DNA of 61,766 nt, filler included, from Choristocarpus tenellus KU-1152 (Eukaryota; Protista; Phaeophyceae): NCBI GenBank assembly GCA_964200185.2. It is 12 parts of 12 records of this genome, joined end to end, with 100 filler letters (N's around TTAATTAATTAA, not from the genome) between each part and the next. Parts side by side here need not be neighbours in the genome. Positions count along the whole stretch, not along the records: positions 9,992 to 13,185 come from CAXNAD020021635.1; positions 13,286 to 16,275 come from CAXNAD020023097.1; positions 16,376 to 22,606 come from CAXNAD020008621.1; positions 22,707 to 25,786 come from CAXNAD020022462.1; positions 25,887 to 29,763 come from CAXNAD020017427.1; 7 more parts are not named here. One strand, given 5' to 3'. The translations under genes and the position numbers were made by a program. Below are positions 13,086 to 26,887 of this stretch, one piece after another. The stretch's first letter is position 1. Each line of letters starts with the position of its first letter. Under the pieces are notes generated by a model that saw nothing but the letters and a program-made list of their open reading frames with translations, had not been told where the DNA came from and ran no database searches.

Positions 13086-13285
13086 TGGGCATATGAAGGG
13101 AAGGTACGGATGATGTGACATAAGGTGTGGACCAAATCTGTAGTTGCCTTGGTGGAATATATATATATGTGTTAGTAAGGGACCCNNNNNNNNNNNNNNN
13201 NNNNNNNNNNNNNNNNNNNNNNNNNNNNNTTAATTAATTAANNNNNNNNNNNNNNNNNNNNNNNNNNNNNNNNNNNNNNNNNNNN

Positions 13286-13397
13286 CTGCCTTTGCATTAT
13301 CCATCCGACGTGTGGCAACCAAATCACCAAAGAACCGGGATATGAAAAAATTTACCCCAAATGGACAGCCGCCACCCCCTCCCAGATACTTTGAGCC
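13286..13397 (-). mobile_element. MITE family B partial copy at contig start
   Basis: ccccaaatggacagccgccaccccctcccagatactttgagcc. Confidence 0.85.
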
Positions 13398-13699
13398 ATT
13401 ACTTGCCTTCTGTATAGAAAGCGTATCTTGAACATGACACAAATCAATGAATACTAGTGAGTCAATACATATAGTATATCTATCACTGCTCTCCATCCTA
13501 TCATCTAATCCGCTGGTCGTGTCTATAGTGTATCAGCAGCACTATCCACGAACACTCTCCCTTGTTGCGCATATACTATACACCCTCAAAATCTACTTCT
13601 CTGAAACTAGAGAAAAACGAACTTCTGGTAAATCTCTCAAAAACAATGCCACAATTACACCCTAACATCAATGTTGACGTATGTCTGTGTAGGTACTAT

Positions 13700-14213
13700 A
13701 AATCAGTAATCAATCTACTACCATTCTATTGCAGTCTCTGTGTAAACATTCTTAGATCCATTCCCCTGTAGGTCCTTGACAATACCATTTTGCGTCTCCT
13801 ACAATCAACAAAATCCTTCCCTAGTACATCACTACACACAATAAATAGCAAAACAGTAGCTACTATCAATATTGGTCTGGGGTCATTAAAATCAGCCACC
13901 TACCTGTCCTATTGCAGTCTCATGTGGAAACATTCTCCGGAACTTTCTCCTGCCGGTCCTTAGCAATACATGTAGCGTCTCTTAAAATCAACAAAACCTT
14001 CCTAGTACATCACTACTGCAGGTCACTGGAACACAGATGCTACCCCACATCTACTGACCTCTTCTAGTCTCCAGTGGAAACTCTCGGGTACTTTCTCCTG
14101 CAAGTCCTTAAGCAATAACATGTTGCGTCTCCCACGATCCATGAAATGGCGAGTCTTTGGTAATACCATGTTGCGTCTCCCACGATCCTAGAAATCGCGG
14201 GTCCTTAGCATTA
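13700..14213. repeat. Degenerate tandem repeat (~150-185-bp units shrinking to ~50-bp units)
   Basis: Recurring ctattgcagtctc...ggtccttagcaatac...gcgtctcc...aatcaacaaaa.ccttcctagtacatcactac. Confidence 0.75.
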
Positions 14214-16150
14214 CTGTATCGGTCGTATTTACCAGGCCATATTCGTAAGAGGAGCACGTTTAGAGACCAGTTGATCGTTCCTCGCTTGTTAGTTCGTTGG
14301 TACTCCATGCTTGTCATGACCATGCATTGTCTGGAGGCCGCTTAGGTTTCAAACCCACGTTCGGTAACGGAGAGACTCGTATTGTTGGCCAACATTCAAT
14401 ATCGACGTTCGCACATGGTGTCGCGATTGTCAAGCATGCCAAACGCGTAAGATTGCTCATAACAAAGCTACGCTTCCCACTGGTCATATATACGTTGACA
14501 GACCATTTCAACGTGTTGCTATTGATTCGGTAGAGTTCAAAACACGTTCCCCAGCTGCAAATGGTGTGATGTGCTCGTATGTATTGTCTGCCATTGATCA
14601 CGGCACTCCTTTCGTTGTGCTGAGCCCTGTTCGAAATAAAGAGACCGCAACAATTGCTCGTATGCTGGTAGAACGTGTATTTTCTATTTTCGGACCACCT
14701 GAGTTGTTACACTCCGATCAAGGTACCGAATTTGAAAATTGTATTGTTACAGAATTGCAGTCTGTCTTTGGTTGCAAGAAACCAAAACCACACCGTATCA
14801 CCCCCAAGGAAATTCTGTGCTAGAGAGAGTACATGCTACGTTGCATTCTATGCTAGCAATGTATGTATCTGTTGCTGAGGATAACTTGGTATTGTTATTG
14901 TCTTTCTTACAGTTAGCGCATAACACAGCATTCAGTGCAAAGTTACATGAAACCCTGTTTCCTTCTGCTTGGAAGACAAGCTCGTTTACCTGTTGATATT
15001 ATCCTTGGTGAGTCTAATGCTGATTCAGATGTCACTACTGAAGAGTTTACTCAGCAAACTAAAGATAATTTACAGCTTGCATTTGAGTTGGCACGTCGTA
15101 ACCTCCATGAAACGTTAAAAATCAGGAGCGTGACAACCAACGTCTCGTGCTCCCCGTTTTCGTACCTGGTGATCAAGTTCTAGTCCATAGGCCACATGAG
15201 AGTATTATATTGATGGTCCGAATCCGAAGTTACTCCACCCTTGGAGGGGGGTCCGTACAAAGTACATTCTAAGAAGGTATCATCCATCGCATACAGGGTA
15301 GTATTACCTGGAAACCCACATCCATTTTCCGTTCATCCGGGTAGAAGTGTAGCGTTACTGTCCTCAAGTCCAACCTCCCACACCAGATTTGAATGAACTG
15401 GATTATTTGTTTCTGGGAAAACCGTTACCATTATCGGATGTAGACAATCAAATCTTTCAACCTGTTATTGGCCAATGCACTATTGGCAGCATTGTTGGAC
15501 ATAGACTTGGTCCTGGTCGTCGTTCGTTCACTAATGTTATCTATCACCTTCGTCTTTGTGGCTATGGACCGTCTTGTGACCTTCACAATAGAATAGAACA
15601 GATCCCACAATGTAACATGCGATGTTGTTTTCACTCATCGGAGTGGTGATCAAATCATCGTATGAAACCCACATAGCAATGTCGAATCACAAACGCTAGT
15701 CAAATTGTTTAGTGACAACGTATAGTGTTTGCTACTCGTATCCCCATTCTGAGTGTATTCTCTGTTTTATACAAGATAATAGAGACCCTATATACTGCCC
15801 ACATATACCTCTCGCCTTGTCCTTAGGCTGATTGATATGCTGATCCCATACTCTCAGACCTCGTAAGCTTGATTGGCGTGCTGACTACACACCATCAACC
15901 TTAGGCTAATGTTATCCTGATCAGATATTCATTAAGTGCCTCATTTATATATTACACTCCATTTTGTATTAATGGAGTCATGTTAATACAATGGCGCAAT
16001 TGTATACTAACAATCACACACGTTCCCATTTCGCTCCCAGAGCTCACCTTTTGGTTGGCCTTGAATCATGTTTACATGGTTTCAAGGACGATCAGAAGAG
16101 GGGGTGATATGGAAAGCATGTTTGCCTGTTGTTAGAGTGAAATTATCTTA
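14214..16150 (+). mobile_element. Ty3/Gypsy relic: integrase, chromodomain-like tail, PPT and start of 3' LTR
   Basis: HACHDH...GFKPT zinc finger, RPFQRVAID, FGPPELLHSDQGTEFEN, TTPYHPQGNSVLERVH, LLGRQARLPVD; frameshifted; PPT agaagaggggg at 16094-16104 followed by TG. Confidence 0.9.
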
Positions 16151-16814
16151 AACAGTCGATCACCAAAATTGAGGATGGAGCATACTATGGAGGATGAGTT
16201 TGACGAAGAGGAGTAAGAAGAAGATTGGGACGGGGGGCGGGGAGGAGGGGGGGGGGGGGGCGGTGGGGGGGCGCTNNNNNNNNNNNNNNNNNNNNNNNNN
16301 NNNNNNNNNNNNNNNNNNNTTAATTAATTAANNNNNNNNNNNNNNNNNNNNNNNNNNNNNNNNNNNNNNNNNNNNCCTTCCTTTCCACTCCTCTCCTCCC
16401 CCCCCCCGGTGATTGATTTTTGATGTGGTGTACAAAAAATAATAATTGGGTCGATAGGAGGTAAAGGGCAGGGGTTGCTGTCGGTGCTTTGTTAGGTGCG
16501 TTAAACCGCACTTTTTTATTTTTTATTAAACTGTCAAGCTCAGGTTTGATCCGGTGAGTGAGAGGCGGGGGAGAGCGGAAGGGGAAAGGATTGACAGCTG
16601 AGGGAGAAAGAGATTTTGATCGGAGATAGTGGGAAGGGGGCTTTGGATCGAAGGGGGCTTGAGGTCAAATTTGAACATTTCTGAGATGTTCGTGAAAATG
16701 TGTATATTGTTGGACATGCTATGGGTTTGTGATTTTGGAGGAAGGTACTCTGTATGCGGATCTCTGCATGTGTTTGAGTGCAGAGTTTGTGTAAGATAAT
16801 GTGTGTTCAAGTGT

Positions 16815-16852
<38 letters not shown>

Positions 16853-17016
16853 GATAGTAATGCCATGCAAGTGTAAGCGTTAAGGCAAGTGAATCTTGAT
16901 GCGAATCTTGATTGAAGTCATGACATCATCGAACAAGGCCCAGCTGATTTCAAAAAGTGTCTGTAACGTCTGCTAGACAACTAGTATACCAACCCTCCCA
17001 TCCTCCCCGATTTCAG

Positions 17017-20000
17017 GTGATTCCAAGCAACCAAAGCAATAACCTCTATGTCTTCCCAGGGCTTGCCCTTGGGGCTAGGCTATGCAGAGCTACACAAGTG
17101 AGAGGGTTAGGATTTGGGGAAGACTGTCAAGGGAATTAGAAGGGATTTAGAGGAGCTTTTTTTTATCTTATGGTGGATGGTGGTGGTTGATGAGTGCATT
17201 GAATGACTTTCCACTCATCCCAAGGAAGTGTTATAATCTGTTTTATGGGGAGTCATGTGAGGGATGGGAGGTGGGAGAGAGGGTGTGCATAGTAGTATAT
17301 ATTTGGAAGTACTTTTTTAATATATCATTTGCTGACAATTGCAGCGAGAATTGTCCTTTGGAAAGCTGTTGTTCCTCCTCTGTGTGGGAGGCATGTGATT
17401 CGAAATGTATGTAGGCATTGACAGTTATGGCGTTGACCAATGAAAATGTTCAAGTGTATGTGTGTGTGTGTGTGTGTGTGTATCAGAGGGTTTGGGTCTT
17501 TAATGTCATGAGCCAGTCTACCAAGGAGGAGGAGGAGGAGGAGGTGGGAGTGTGATCTGATCGGGGGTGGGGGTGGAATGCCTGTCATGTTTTTTCTTGT
17601 CTTTGGCAGGGTGTCAATACCTGTCACCGATGGCTTCATCCCCGGTTTGTGTCGTACCATTGCTCTCCCAACTGTATTTTATATTGTGTTTAATGACAGT
17701 TTAACACAAGTGCGCGAGAATGATGGAGGGGGGGGGGGGGGGGGTTCTGACAGTTGTGACAAAATCTGAGTTTAAGTCACCCTACTTTCGCAAGTGATGG
17801 CATGCCTTGAAAAAGAAGCGATGAGTGGATAGTACGTTATTAGAGCAAGAATCGGTATGTAATGCCGACATCCTTTTATTTATTTTTTACTCATTTGTTA
17901 GGTATCATTCCTCTAACAAGCACCAATCTGCTGCACATCATGTAAACCCTCCTGTACAATTTTGTTGTTATGAATACAAAATTTGAGAGGTAGTCATTGT
18001 CAGCTACCTTGCTTCTGGAGGATTAGTGATGTGATTGTTTTTCTATTCCATCATTATATTCAGCAGTAGTCAATCATTTCCTTATTATCTGGGGTTGTTT
18101 GATCCAAAGTATCTGGGGGAGGAAGGGGGGTCTACACCAGGGTGTCCATTTGGGGCAAACCAGGAAAAGTTCACTTACATTATCCATCCGACATATGCAA
18201 CCAAATCACCCAAAAGTCGTGACATGAAAAATTGACCCCAACTGGACAGCCGCCACCCCCCCCCCCCCAGATACTTTGAGCCTTTTCCTCATATAGGCTC
18301 TGACACCCTTTGGTGTAATAATAGGAAGGGCCAATCAATTGGTACTACCTCAAGACTTTGTGCCTATGCACTCTACTCTTTTTACTCCTCCAGAATTATT
18401 TTTCTTTTGAGCAGAAGAAATCAGGGTTGGAGCCAACCCATGCATTCATTTGAGAGTTACAAGATGACAGTTACAAGATGAACGCATACTACCGGCTTCC
18501 ACTGTGATAAATCGATGTTGGTATGCATATATATATATATGTAAATTTCTCTTTTTTTCATACCATGCCCCCCGCCTGCAGAAATTACCTCCTCTCATGT
18601 CTTGTTTGATGCCTTGCTGCAGAGATGCACCTATGATTGCAGTCCATTAGTCGGTATGGTGTGAGTGTGAAGAAGCCCTTGAACGTTATGTTGAGCTAAT
18701 GATGACAACCATATTCTCGTACCCAATCCTATGACTCCCCCCTCCCCCACATTCTGCTGGCGACAATCTATGAGATGGTAGTTTGATTGGATAATCGGCA
18801 CCCCACCACTTATAGGCCTCTTGTTATCCCTGATGTGTTGATTGCGCATTGCACCATCGTGTAGACCCTGTAGGTTCAACTTCTTCACACAAATTCAATA
18901 TTGATAGTTACCATTCAATTCGCTTTGTCTCTGTATCATACATAGGTTACGGATGGAATGATCATGGCGGCGTCTGAGGCTTTGGCTGCCTCCAACACGC
19001 CCAAGGCATTAGCAGCGGGGCGTATCTACCCGGGCCTATCAAATGTTCGGAGTATCAGCGCCAGGTATTCATTTGATCAGGAGGGGGCTTTGGTGGATGT
19101 TGGTGGAGGTTTCCATGAGATGGACTGCTGTTACCTGTCAAAGGATGCGTTGGGCCTCTTCTTTTTGTTCGGTGCCTGGGTTGATGAGGGTTGACTTGTG
19201 CCCCCATGGTGTAGACAAGAAAATTTCTCAAATTATTGCAGTTGCATAGTTGGTACTGCTGGTGAGGAAATTGAAGGATACATGGCGTGGTATGAAGAGG
19301 AAAATTTTGACCAATAGAACACCCTCGATCGTTGCATCGTCAAACTGATTCATGTTAAGCTTGAAGTAGATGTGTGTGTTTGGAAACATATGTATATATA
19401 TTCTGCAATGTCAAATGAACCAGGGGGTAAAATAGACACGTTGGGATTAAAGTATCTTAGAGGGTACAAGTTTTTACCTGTTTGTCCATTTGGGGCTTGG
19501 CTTCCCACGGGAGTTATTTAATGACATTTTATCCAATTCAAAAATTTTCGGAGGAGGTAAAATGTATTGGAGTATATGTCATGAAAAGGTGTGTCTGGAA
19601 CAAGGATATAGATATTTCCTAACAAACATGATAGCCAAAGATATATCAAAATTGCAACATTGGATTTTGACCCGCAAATGGACGGGGCTCTACCCTCTTA
19701 GATAATTTGACTCTTGATATTATTACATCACAATTTACATTTCCTCGCATTCGCTGGAAGGTTCTCTTACGCACTGTCCAAGGAACACACATCCAAACTA
19801 GTACATTGCCGTGGTCCCTACTATTAGATGTGACAAATTTCGTTTTTAATTTCACCAATTATCACGCCAAATATCTTATTACATAGTACTTAGAAATCAT
19901 AACAAAAAGTTGAACACTTAATGCAGCGATTGGCAGCGATGCACAGAAGTAATATCCAAAGCTTTTGTCTCCCTCACTACCAACAGCATGCATATCATCG

Positions 20001-20838
20001 AAGTCTTGCATTTGAGACCGAACACTAATTGCCACCCTTGTTTCCTTCCCCTTACTTTCCTTCCATCGGTTGACACTACTGTTTCCGTCTCTCCTTGTCT
20101 TCCAACACATGTATGTATCTATCTATGTATGTACGTATGTATGTGTATATACTTTGGTCCCCTTTCTGTTGTTTCTGAACTGACACCCAGAGTTGCCGGA
20201 GCAGTCATGCAGCAAGCTCATTTGGAGGGTGTAGCAACACATGAGGAGGCCATATCAGTCATTCAGGCAGAAGCAGAGGTGGACGTGAGAGGGACCGGGG
20301 TCAAGGAAATGGGCGAGGTGAGGCATGATATTTGACTTCGTTATTCACTTCACTCTTTTGACCAAGATTTGTGGGAATGGCATGGTTGCAAAAGCTGCAT
20401 GTTTTTTGTGTTAGACAAGGCAATTTGCAAGAGTGAGTAGTTGCTTTGGACAGCTACGTTCTCGCTTCAAAGATGCAGTGATATGTTGTAGTGTGACCTT
20501 CATTCTAATTGGACACTGTCTGAGTGTGTTGTCCACAGTGCATCTATGCTCTGCTCTAATTTGGCGCTTGAGAGATCCTCATCGATGAGTTGCTTCCACC
20601 TAAATTGCGTATATGCATGGACACTGTTTTGTATGAGTCATGTGCCTGCTTTTGGTGGCAACCATGCAATCTACATGAATGGCGTGTTGAAATCACTATT
20701 AACAACAACTCGAACCTGTGTTGTGGGTGGTTGTTGTGTGAGCAGGATGGAGGACCTTTAATGAGGTTTGTGGTGAACAACATGTACTTTCCTGTCTACA
20801 ACCAGCTGGCCTACGTCCCTCCAGGTCTCCTGGAGTGA
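17017..20838 (+). CDS. Malic enzyme (NAD(P)-dependent), last four exons; 5' part lies outside this contig
   Basis: Exons 17017-17097 (VIPSNQSNNLYVFPGLALG), 18946-19064 (VTDGMIMAASEALA...GRIYPGLSNVRSISA), 20191-20317 (donor could also be 20278 or 20284), 20746-20838 (MYFPVY...stop). Splice sites are AG/GT and in phase; NN.Y.FPG..LG and IYP....R.IS are malic-enzyme motifs. Confidence 0.9.
18101..18282 (-). mobile_element. MITE family B full copy in a malic-enzyme intron
   Basis: gatccaaagtatctggggg...cccccagatactttgagcc; ttt on both flanks. Confidence 0.9.
19444..19713 (+). mobile_element. MITE family A copy in a malic-enzyme intron
   Basis: aaagtatcttagagggtac...taccctcttagataatttgactc; ttg on both flanks. 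Confidence 0.88.
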
Positions 20839-21125
20839 TGGGATGACTTTATCCTCTGCCAACAAAAGTCAAACTCCTTACTCTGAGAATCACCGTTCCA
20901 TTTCGATACACTGAAGGCTGGGGAAACGAGCTCAGCGTTGACTGTGCCTTGGAACTGCTCAACCTGGGAATCTGTTCGTCTCTCTTGTGTTCTTTACTTT
21001 TTCTCATGCATGAAACTTGTTGTGGAGCCGTTAACATGCCCTTTCCATTGATTTTTCCTGATCAAGGTAGGGTTGCCAAATTGTTATCTGGTGACTGTTG
21101 AGATTAGTTCATTGCATAAACATTG

Positions 21126-21381
21126 CACCCAGAGCATTTAAGAGGGTAGAAATTTTGCCCTGTTTGTCCATACGGGGTTTGACTTATCACATTTTTTGGT
21201 GCCCTTTTTCGGTTTTCTGTGTGAACACACTTACCTGAAATGTATACGACTATGAAAGATGTGCCCAGAGCAAGGATATTGACGCCTGCTAACAAACACT
21301 ATGGTCAAATTAATCCAAATTGCAACATTGGACTTCTGATCCCAAACGGATGCGGCCCTACCCTCTTAAATGCTTTGACTC
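21126..21381 (+). mobile_element. MITE family A' (diverged subfamily)
   Basis: agagcatttaagagggta...taccctcttaaatgctttgactc; TIR changes are mirrored at both ends. Confidence 0.8.
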
Positions 21382-22046
21382 TTTCTTTTCATAGTCTAGT
21401 GTTTCACTCTCGTGGTAACCATGGAGACACCTGGTGGGGTTGTTTTCCATTGATATTACGGCACGTGAATATAGGACTAGTAAAGCAACTAAGTCTGGAA
21501 GTGATTGTAGTGTGGGTTGGATTGCTTTGCACGCCTTGGGTTACCCTGTTGCCGGGTGCTATTCCTTAGTCCCTTTCCCTGTAAATGATACGATTTTCTC
21601 GTTTGTATAGTACGCGCACTCCTTGTGATTGCAGCATCAGTTGTAGAGCTCAAATAGTTAATAATGACACCTTCAGCTGCACCAGTGAGCCCCCCCCCAA
21701 AGCATTGAATTAGCTACTACTCTATGCCCACTGAAAATTTCCAGATGTTGTCTGGGAAGAGATTTATATATCATAGAAGGCAACGAAATATGTGTTTTCC
21801 TAGAACCTTTGCTTTACAGCAAGGATTTTTTGTCGCAATTAACTGTATTTCTGCTGATGTTGTGAGTGCTGGCACAAGCATCAAGCACTGGGTGACAATT
21901 TATTGTACGGTTTCATGTGTTTGGTGTATCAAACAGTAGTGATGTACTAGTAATATGATGAGTCAGACGCAACAATTGTCACATGACCCAGTGCATCAAA
22001 GTGAGTACTATATCATGGTGGTGGAAACCAAGTCTATGAAAAGTTA

Positions 22047-22606
22047 CTCTCTCTGTCCCACAATTCTATGACGTTAAGAGTATAATTTTCTTAAGATGAC
22101 TTTCGATGAAAAACGTTTTTTTATGTTGGATTCCTTGATGGCTTTTTTTAACATCATTCTTTGTTGCTTTCTTCATGCCCATCAATCCACCACTGCATCC
22201 AAATCCTCTCTATCGATTCTGACTGATTTTGGCAGACTTCCCTCACACTACCTTTTCTCAGGTCTGGTGTGCTGTAACTCAAAATTGTTACCCCCTAGCG
22301 CCTTCAAAACTTGGCTGTACCGCTTACAGAGGCTCTGCCATGCCCTCTATGGAGTAGCTGTGTCGTGCACACCATGCATGCTCTTTACCCCCTTCACAAG
22401 ATCTATTATACCGTAATGCTCCCTCCAAACTATACATTTCAGCGATGCAAAGAACCCCAATTCATTGATATTGAGATCAGGTGACTATGCGGGCTACATT
22501 ACAAGCTTGGCGTTCCACCCCCCCTCCCTCCCAGCTTTGTTGAGCTTCCAGGGCGTGTCTCTTCCCGTATGGGGGGGCGCTCCATCCTGCTTGCCCAACC
22601 CCCCCC
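22047..22606 (-). mobile_element. Plant-type (DD39D-like) mariner relic: 3' TIR and transposase C-terminus
   Basis: ta|ctctctctgtccc Stowaway-like end; colinear with 49679-50250; relics of SPDLNIN.LGFF and AWQSL..RY.QVLKALGGN. Confidence 0.8.
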
Positions 22607-23439
22607 NNNNNNNNNNNNNNNNNNNNNNNNNNNNNNNNNNNNNNNNNNNNTTAATTAATTAANNNNNNNNNNNNNNNNNNNNNNNNNNNNNNNNNNNNNN
22701 NNNNNNCCATCCTCAATGAAAAGCTCCATCCTCAATTTTTGAAATCGGCTGTTCTATGTCTCTCTGTTTGGACTTTTGGCTCCTGTAGGGGCTGTTTGAC
22801 TTTAGGAATCAAAATATTGTGGGCATGGGGGGGGAGAATATTCCTTGGGTTGGCTTGTCGCTGTGGGGACTATGAAGAGTAAACATGGACCAAATAGTTT
22901 TCTGGTCTAGAGTTGGAGTTAGTTTGAAATGCAATTACTTTCTCACTTGCAGATATGTATCTATTGCTTACATAGATCAGAATAAACGAACCACTACAAC
23001 AGGAAAAATGTGCATGCAGGTAAAGATGGCAGCATAAATGTATGCAGAGGTGTCAGCTAACTGATCTATGGAGGATAACATCAAATATGTGTACATCGAC
23101 AGAAACTGAGTCATACCTGGGAGACTCTTGTCATTTGAGCCTGATGCAGAAGGTGGTGATTGAAGAGGTTTATTTCTTAACTCTCTAAAATAGTGCATAT
23201 ACTTGATCTTGTTTCTGATTACTGCTCACTTTGAGAAAATAGAATTCTTCAACAAGTCCCATTTCAAACATCTACCTCTATAGGCCATTTCCACCTGTTT
23301 TGGAGTCCTCTTTGCGCAATCCTTGAAACTTGTACTTGTGAAATGATGACTCATGGCTCACTCCAAAGAGATTCATACTCTTGCACACAATGCTTGACAC
23401 TTGATTTCTCACCTCGGTGATTTCAAGACTTGCGCCTTT

Positions 23440-23701
23440 GAGCCAAAGTATCTTAGAGGGTAGAGCCGCGTCCATTTGGGGACCAAAATCCAATGTTGTG
23501 ATTTTGATGTAATTTTGACTATTGTGTTCTATTGGAGGTGTCAATATCCTTGTTCCGGACACACCTTTTCATAATGTATACATTTTACCTACACAGAAAT
23601 GGTTTTGGGGTAGGTAAAATGTCCTTAAAAACCGTGGGAAGCCAAGCCCCAAACGGACAAACAGGGAAAACTCGTACCCTAACCCTAACATACTTTCACT
23701 C
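23440..23701 (-). mobile_element. MITE family A full copy, 3-bp TSD TTT
   Basis: gagccaaagtatcttagagggta...catactttcactc. Confidence 0.9.
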
Positions 23702-26334
23702 TTTTATTGTGATGGTTTTCTTTCCCTTCTTCTCCCTCCCTCCCTCTCTCTCTCTCTCTCTCTCTCATTAAGTAAGTGTTCTGTCTGCACTTCAATAGTA
23801 ACCTTCCTACCGTAGGCTCACAGTGTATACTGACAAACTTGGAAATAAAAGCAGTACTGTAGTTCATAAATTGATCCAAATTGACATTGGTAGCACCCAA
23901 TAAGTTGTCAAAAATTAAATTCAGGAATTGGTGGACTGCATATTTGAACAGTCGACTTATCATTATAGTCCGGCTGACATATTGTAGATGACATGGGAGA
24001 GAGAAAGGGGCACAGGAGAATACAATGAAAACACCGACGGAGACTGTGTTGCATATTGTGAAGAGTAGTTGTCGTAGTAAAGGCTTCCAATTAGTCAGGG
24101 TAGGGGGTGGCACCTTGCAGCACTCAGCACCAGTGCAAAATGGCTCCATACAATAAGTCGCAATTCATCACTCAGGGGTCAGACTGTTCCGATCTGAAGT
24201 CATAAACCCAGCCAATTCCCACCTCTCTTGAAACACTTTCAAGTGCTTCACAAGTGGACATGCTACGAGTCTTAGCCTTATCCACATCCTGACATGTTTC
24301 CATCTTTCCTGTTGACAGTACTCTTTCTCACCCAAAACTATCCCCGCTGGCCAGTAGAGAGCAGCTCTGGGAACGGTCAGCACAATTTACTTCACTTCCA
24401 TCTGGTGGTGATGGCCAGACTCCTCTGGCTGGCCAACCCACCGGGAGGGTCCAGGTGCCCCAGCTGACATCTTTGGTTGAGGAGGCACCTGGAGTGTTCA
24501 GCAGTTTCAGAAGATCAAAGAAATGAGAACCATGGCCAGTATCACTAAAGTTGGTGTTGATAAGGATGGGGGAGATTTTGATCAGTACCTTAGCCGACAT
24601 AGATGCAAGGGCAGTGGTGGAGAAGATAGCGGGGGTCAGTGAGGGAGGTAGGTGGTAGCACTTCAGAGAAAGGCCAGGGTTGGGTGGCGAGGAACTGAGT
24701 TTGGGATGGGAGCAAGGTCAAAAAGATGTGGTCGTAAGAAGGAGAGATAAGGTGGGAGGAGGAGGAGGGTAGCTTGTGATGTGTGTGGTTTGACTGATAG
24801 CATTTCACCCCTGATATGTTGGATTTTGTTTGCCCACTGCTCCTAAGCTTCTGGAGATTGAGTAGATCCAGTTGGGAAGGCTCCATTCTTCGGATATAAG
24901 TTGGCATTTACCTGCTCAAATCAATCACATTTCTGTGAATGGCAATACTATCATTATGATAGCATTACAATTGTAATTCTACCTCCCCCCTCCTACCCAC
25001 CCGCTGAGGAATTGGTAAGAACACCGCCCTGTTGACAGTTAACCTTATCTAAGATAGGATATCACTACAATAGTAACATTCCTGCAAACTGAGACACTAT
25101 ATAGGACCTGCTACAGATAATACAGGAGAAATTATGTTGATGGTAGATACGGTGCACAGTTTCAACTGAAAGAAATGCATGAGAATATGTGAAAAGAGGA
25201 ACAAGTTTCATTGCAACAATAACATGAGAACTTCACAATTCTCCCCATCATCATTTCCTTCACAGGACTATTTCAGCATATTGCATATTCCGCTCCTAGT
25301 GTGTGTATGTCGAATAACAAATCAAAGCACTTCTTCGAGACACTAGAAATCTTGGTATCCCGCTTTCAAGATCTTACTCAAGAACAGGATGGAACAGGTA
25401 ATCATTGTTGGTAGGGGCTATATAGGTTGATCAATAGTTCGTTGAGAGAAAAATAAGATAGACGAATAGGGGAAGTTGTTGGTGAAATATACTATGTAGA
25501 CTCAAAGCCATGTACAGAAATTCTATTTGTTTAAAGTGCTCCATTTCGGCCATAAGCCCCACCCCATAACGTTAGCATCGTGTAGTGCACCACTGGAAAA
25601 TCGCACATTCAATGCAGAGTCACATCCCATCTTATCGTTCCCATTTGACCCGTAGTATCCTGGAGGGGAGGTCAGGCATCCACTCAGGGCCGGTGTAAAC
25701 CTGTAGTGATCTCCATGTCATCTGAGTGATCATGTAAGATGCAACGGTATTTTCCTTCATTCGAACGCACCTTCCTTTTCCATCCCNNNNNNNNNNNNNN
25801 NNNNNNNNNNNNNNNNNNNNNNNNNNNNNNTTAATTAATTAANNNNNNNNNNNNNNNNNNNNNNNNNNNNNNNNNNNNNNNNNNNNTGGACATGGCATGA
25901 TGGGACACGACATGATGGGACATGACATGACAATCAATTGTTCCCACACCGACACCAATGTATCTTCTCAAACATGACATTTAGAACAGAAATCAAACAC
26001 AAATAATAATAGTATTACAATAACAATAATAAACCATGTACATCACTCCTCCATCTTACACATCACCAGGTGGGTTAGGATTGGCCAATGGGATGGGTCA
26101 AACAGGTTTGGGATTTGGGATATGTATATATGTATATATATATTTATGAATGTATATTCACTACAAAAATGAAAAACATCAACTATAGTAAACACTTCGG
26201 ATTGCAACAAATAAAAACATGAATTGGGAGACAGGAGAGTTTGCAGGGCAAATGCATCCAAATCGGCATAAACCACAGCAACAGTGATGTGACCAACCCA
26301 ATCTCACAATCCAAAAGAGATCCAAAAAGAGGCG

Positions 26335-26527
26335 AGTCCATCAGTGTGTAAAGAGTGTTGCCCTAAACAACAGGCTATTCTTACAAATAAAATTAGGGGA
26401 GTCCATTGGTGTGCAAACAGTAGTGCCCTAAACAACAGGCTATTCTTACAAATAAAATTAGGGGAGTCCATTGGTGTGCAAACAGTATTGTCCTAAACAA
26501 CAGGCTATTCTTACAAGTAAAAACAGA
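26335..26527. repeat. 65-bp tandem repeat, about 3 units
   Basis: tg.cctaaacaacaggctattcttacaa starts at 26359, 26424 and 26489. Confidence 0.9.
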
Positions 26528-26600
26528 GGTAGGGTTAGGGATAACTCAATACAGGTCCGGTTCTAGTCCAGTATTAATTTGGGACAGTAGCAGATCGGTC

Positions 26601-26887
26601 CCAGTCCAGTCCAGTCCAGTCCAGTCCTAGCATAGCATAGCATAGCATAGCATAGCTTAGTAGCTGCCCCGCAAGACCCTTCTCTATGGTATGCATCATT
26701 ACCTACCTCAACATGGACCCTCAGCCGATTAGCTTCACTTTGGGATCGATCATGCCTCCTCATTTCCATCAACTCCACAGATCTCAGTAATTCCACCTTT
26801 TTGTGGCACACATCACATCACATCACATCACATCACATCACATCACATCACATCACATCACATAGCATCGCATTGCACCACATCACA
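26601..26887. repeat. Pentanucleotide microsatellites (CCAGT)n, (AGCAT)n and (CACAT)n flanking a small exon
   Basis: Directly visible in the sequence. Confidence 0.9.

Noticed and set aside
24160-24330. hAT dimerisation-domain relic (AGFMTSDRNSLTPE)
   Set aside because: Only a short resemblance and no supporting motifs; too weak to call.
26335-26527. CRISPR-like array
   Set aside because: Whole 65-bp units repeat, there are no unique spacers and no cas genes, and the context is a eukaryotic intron.
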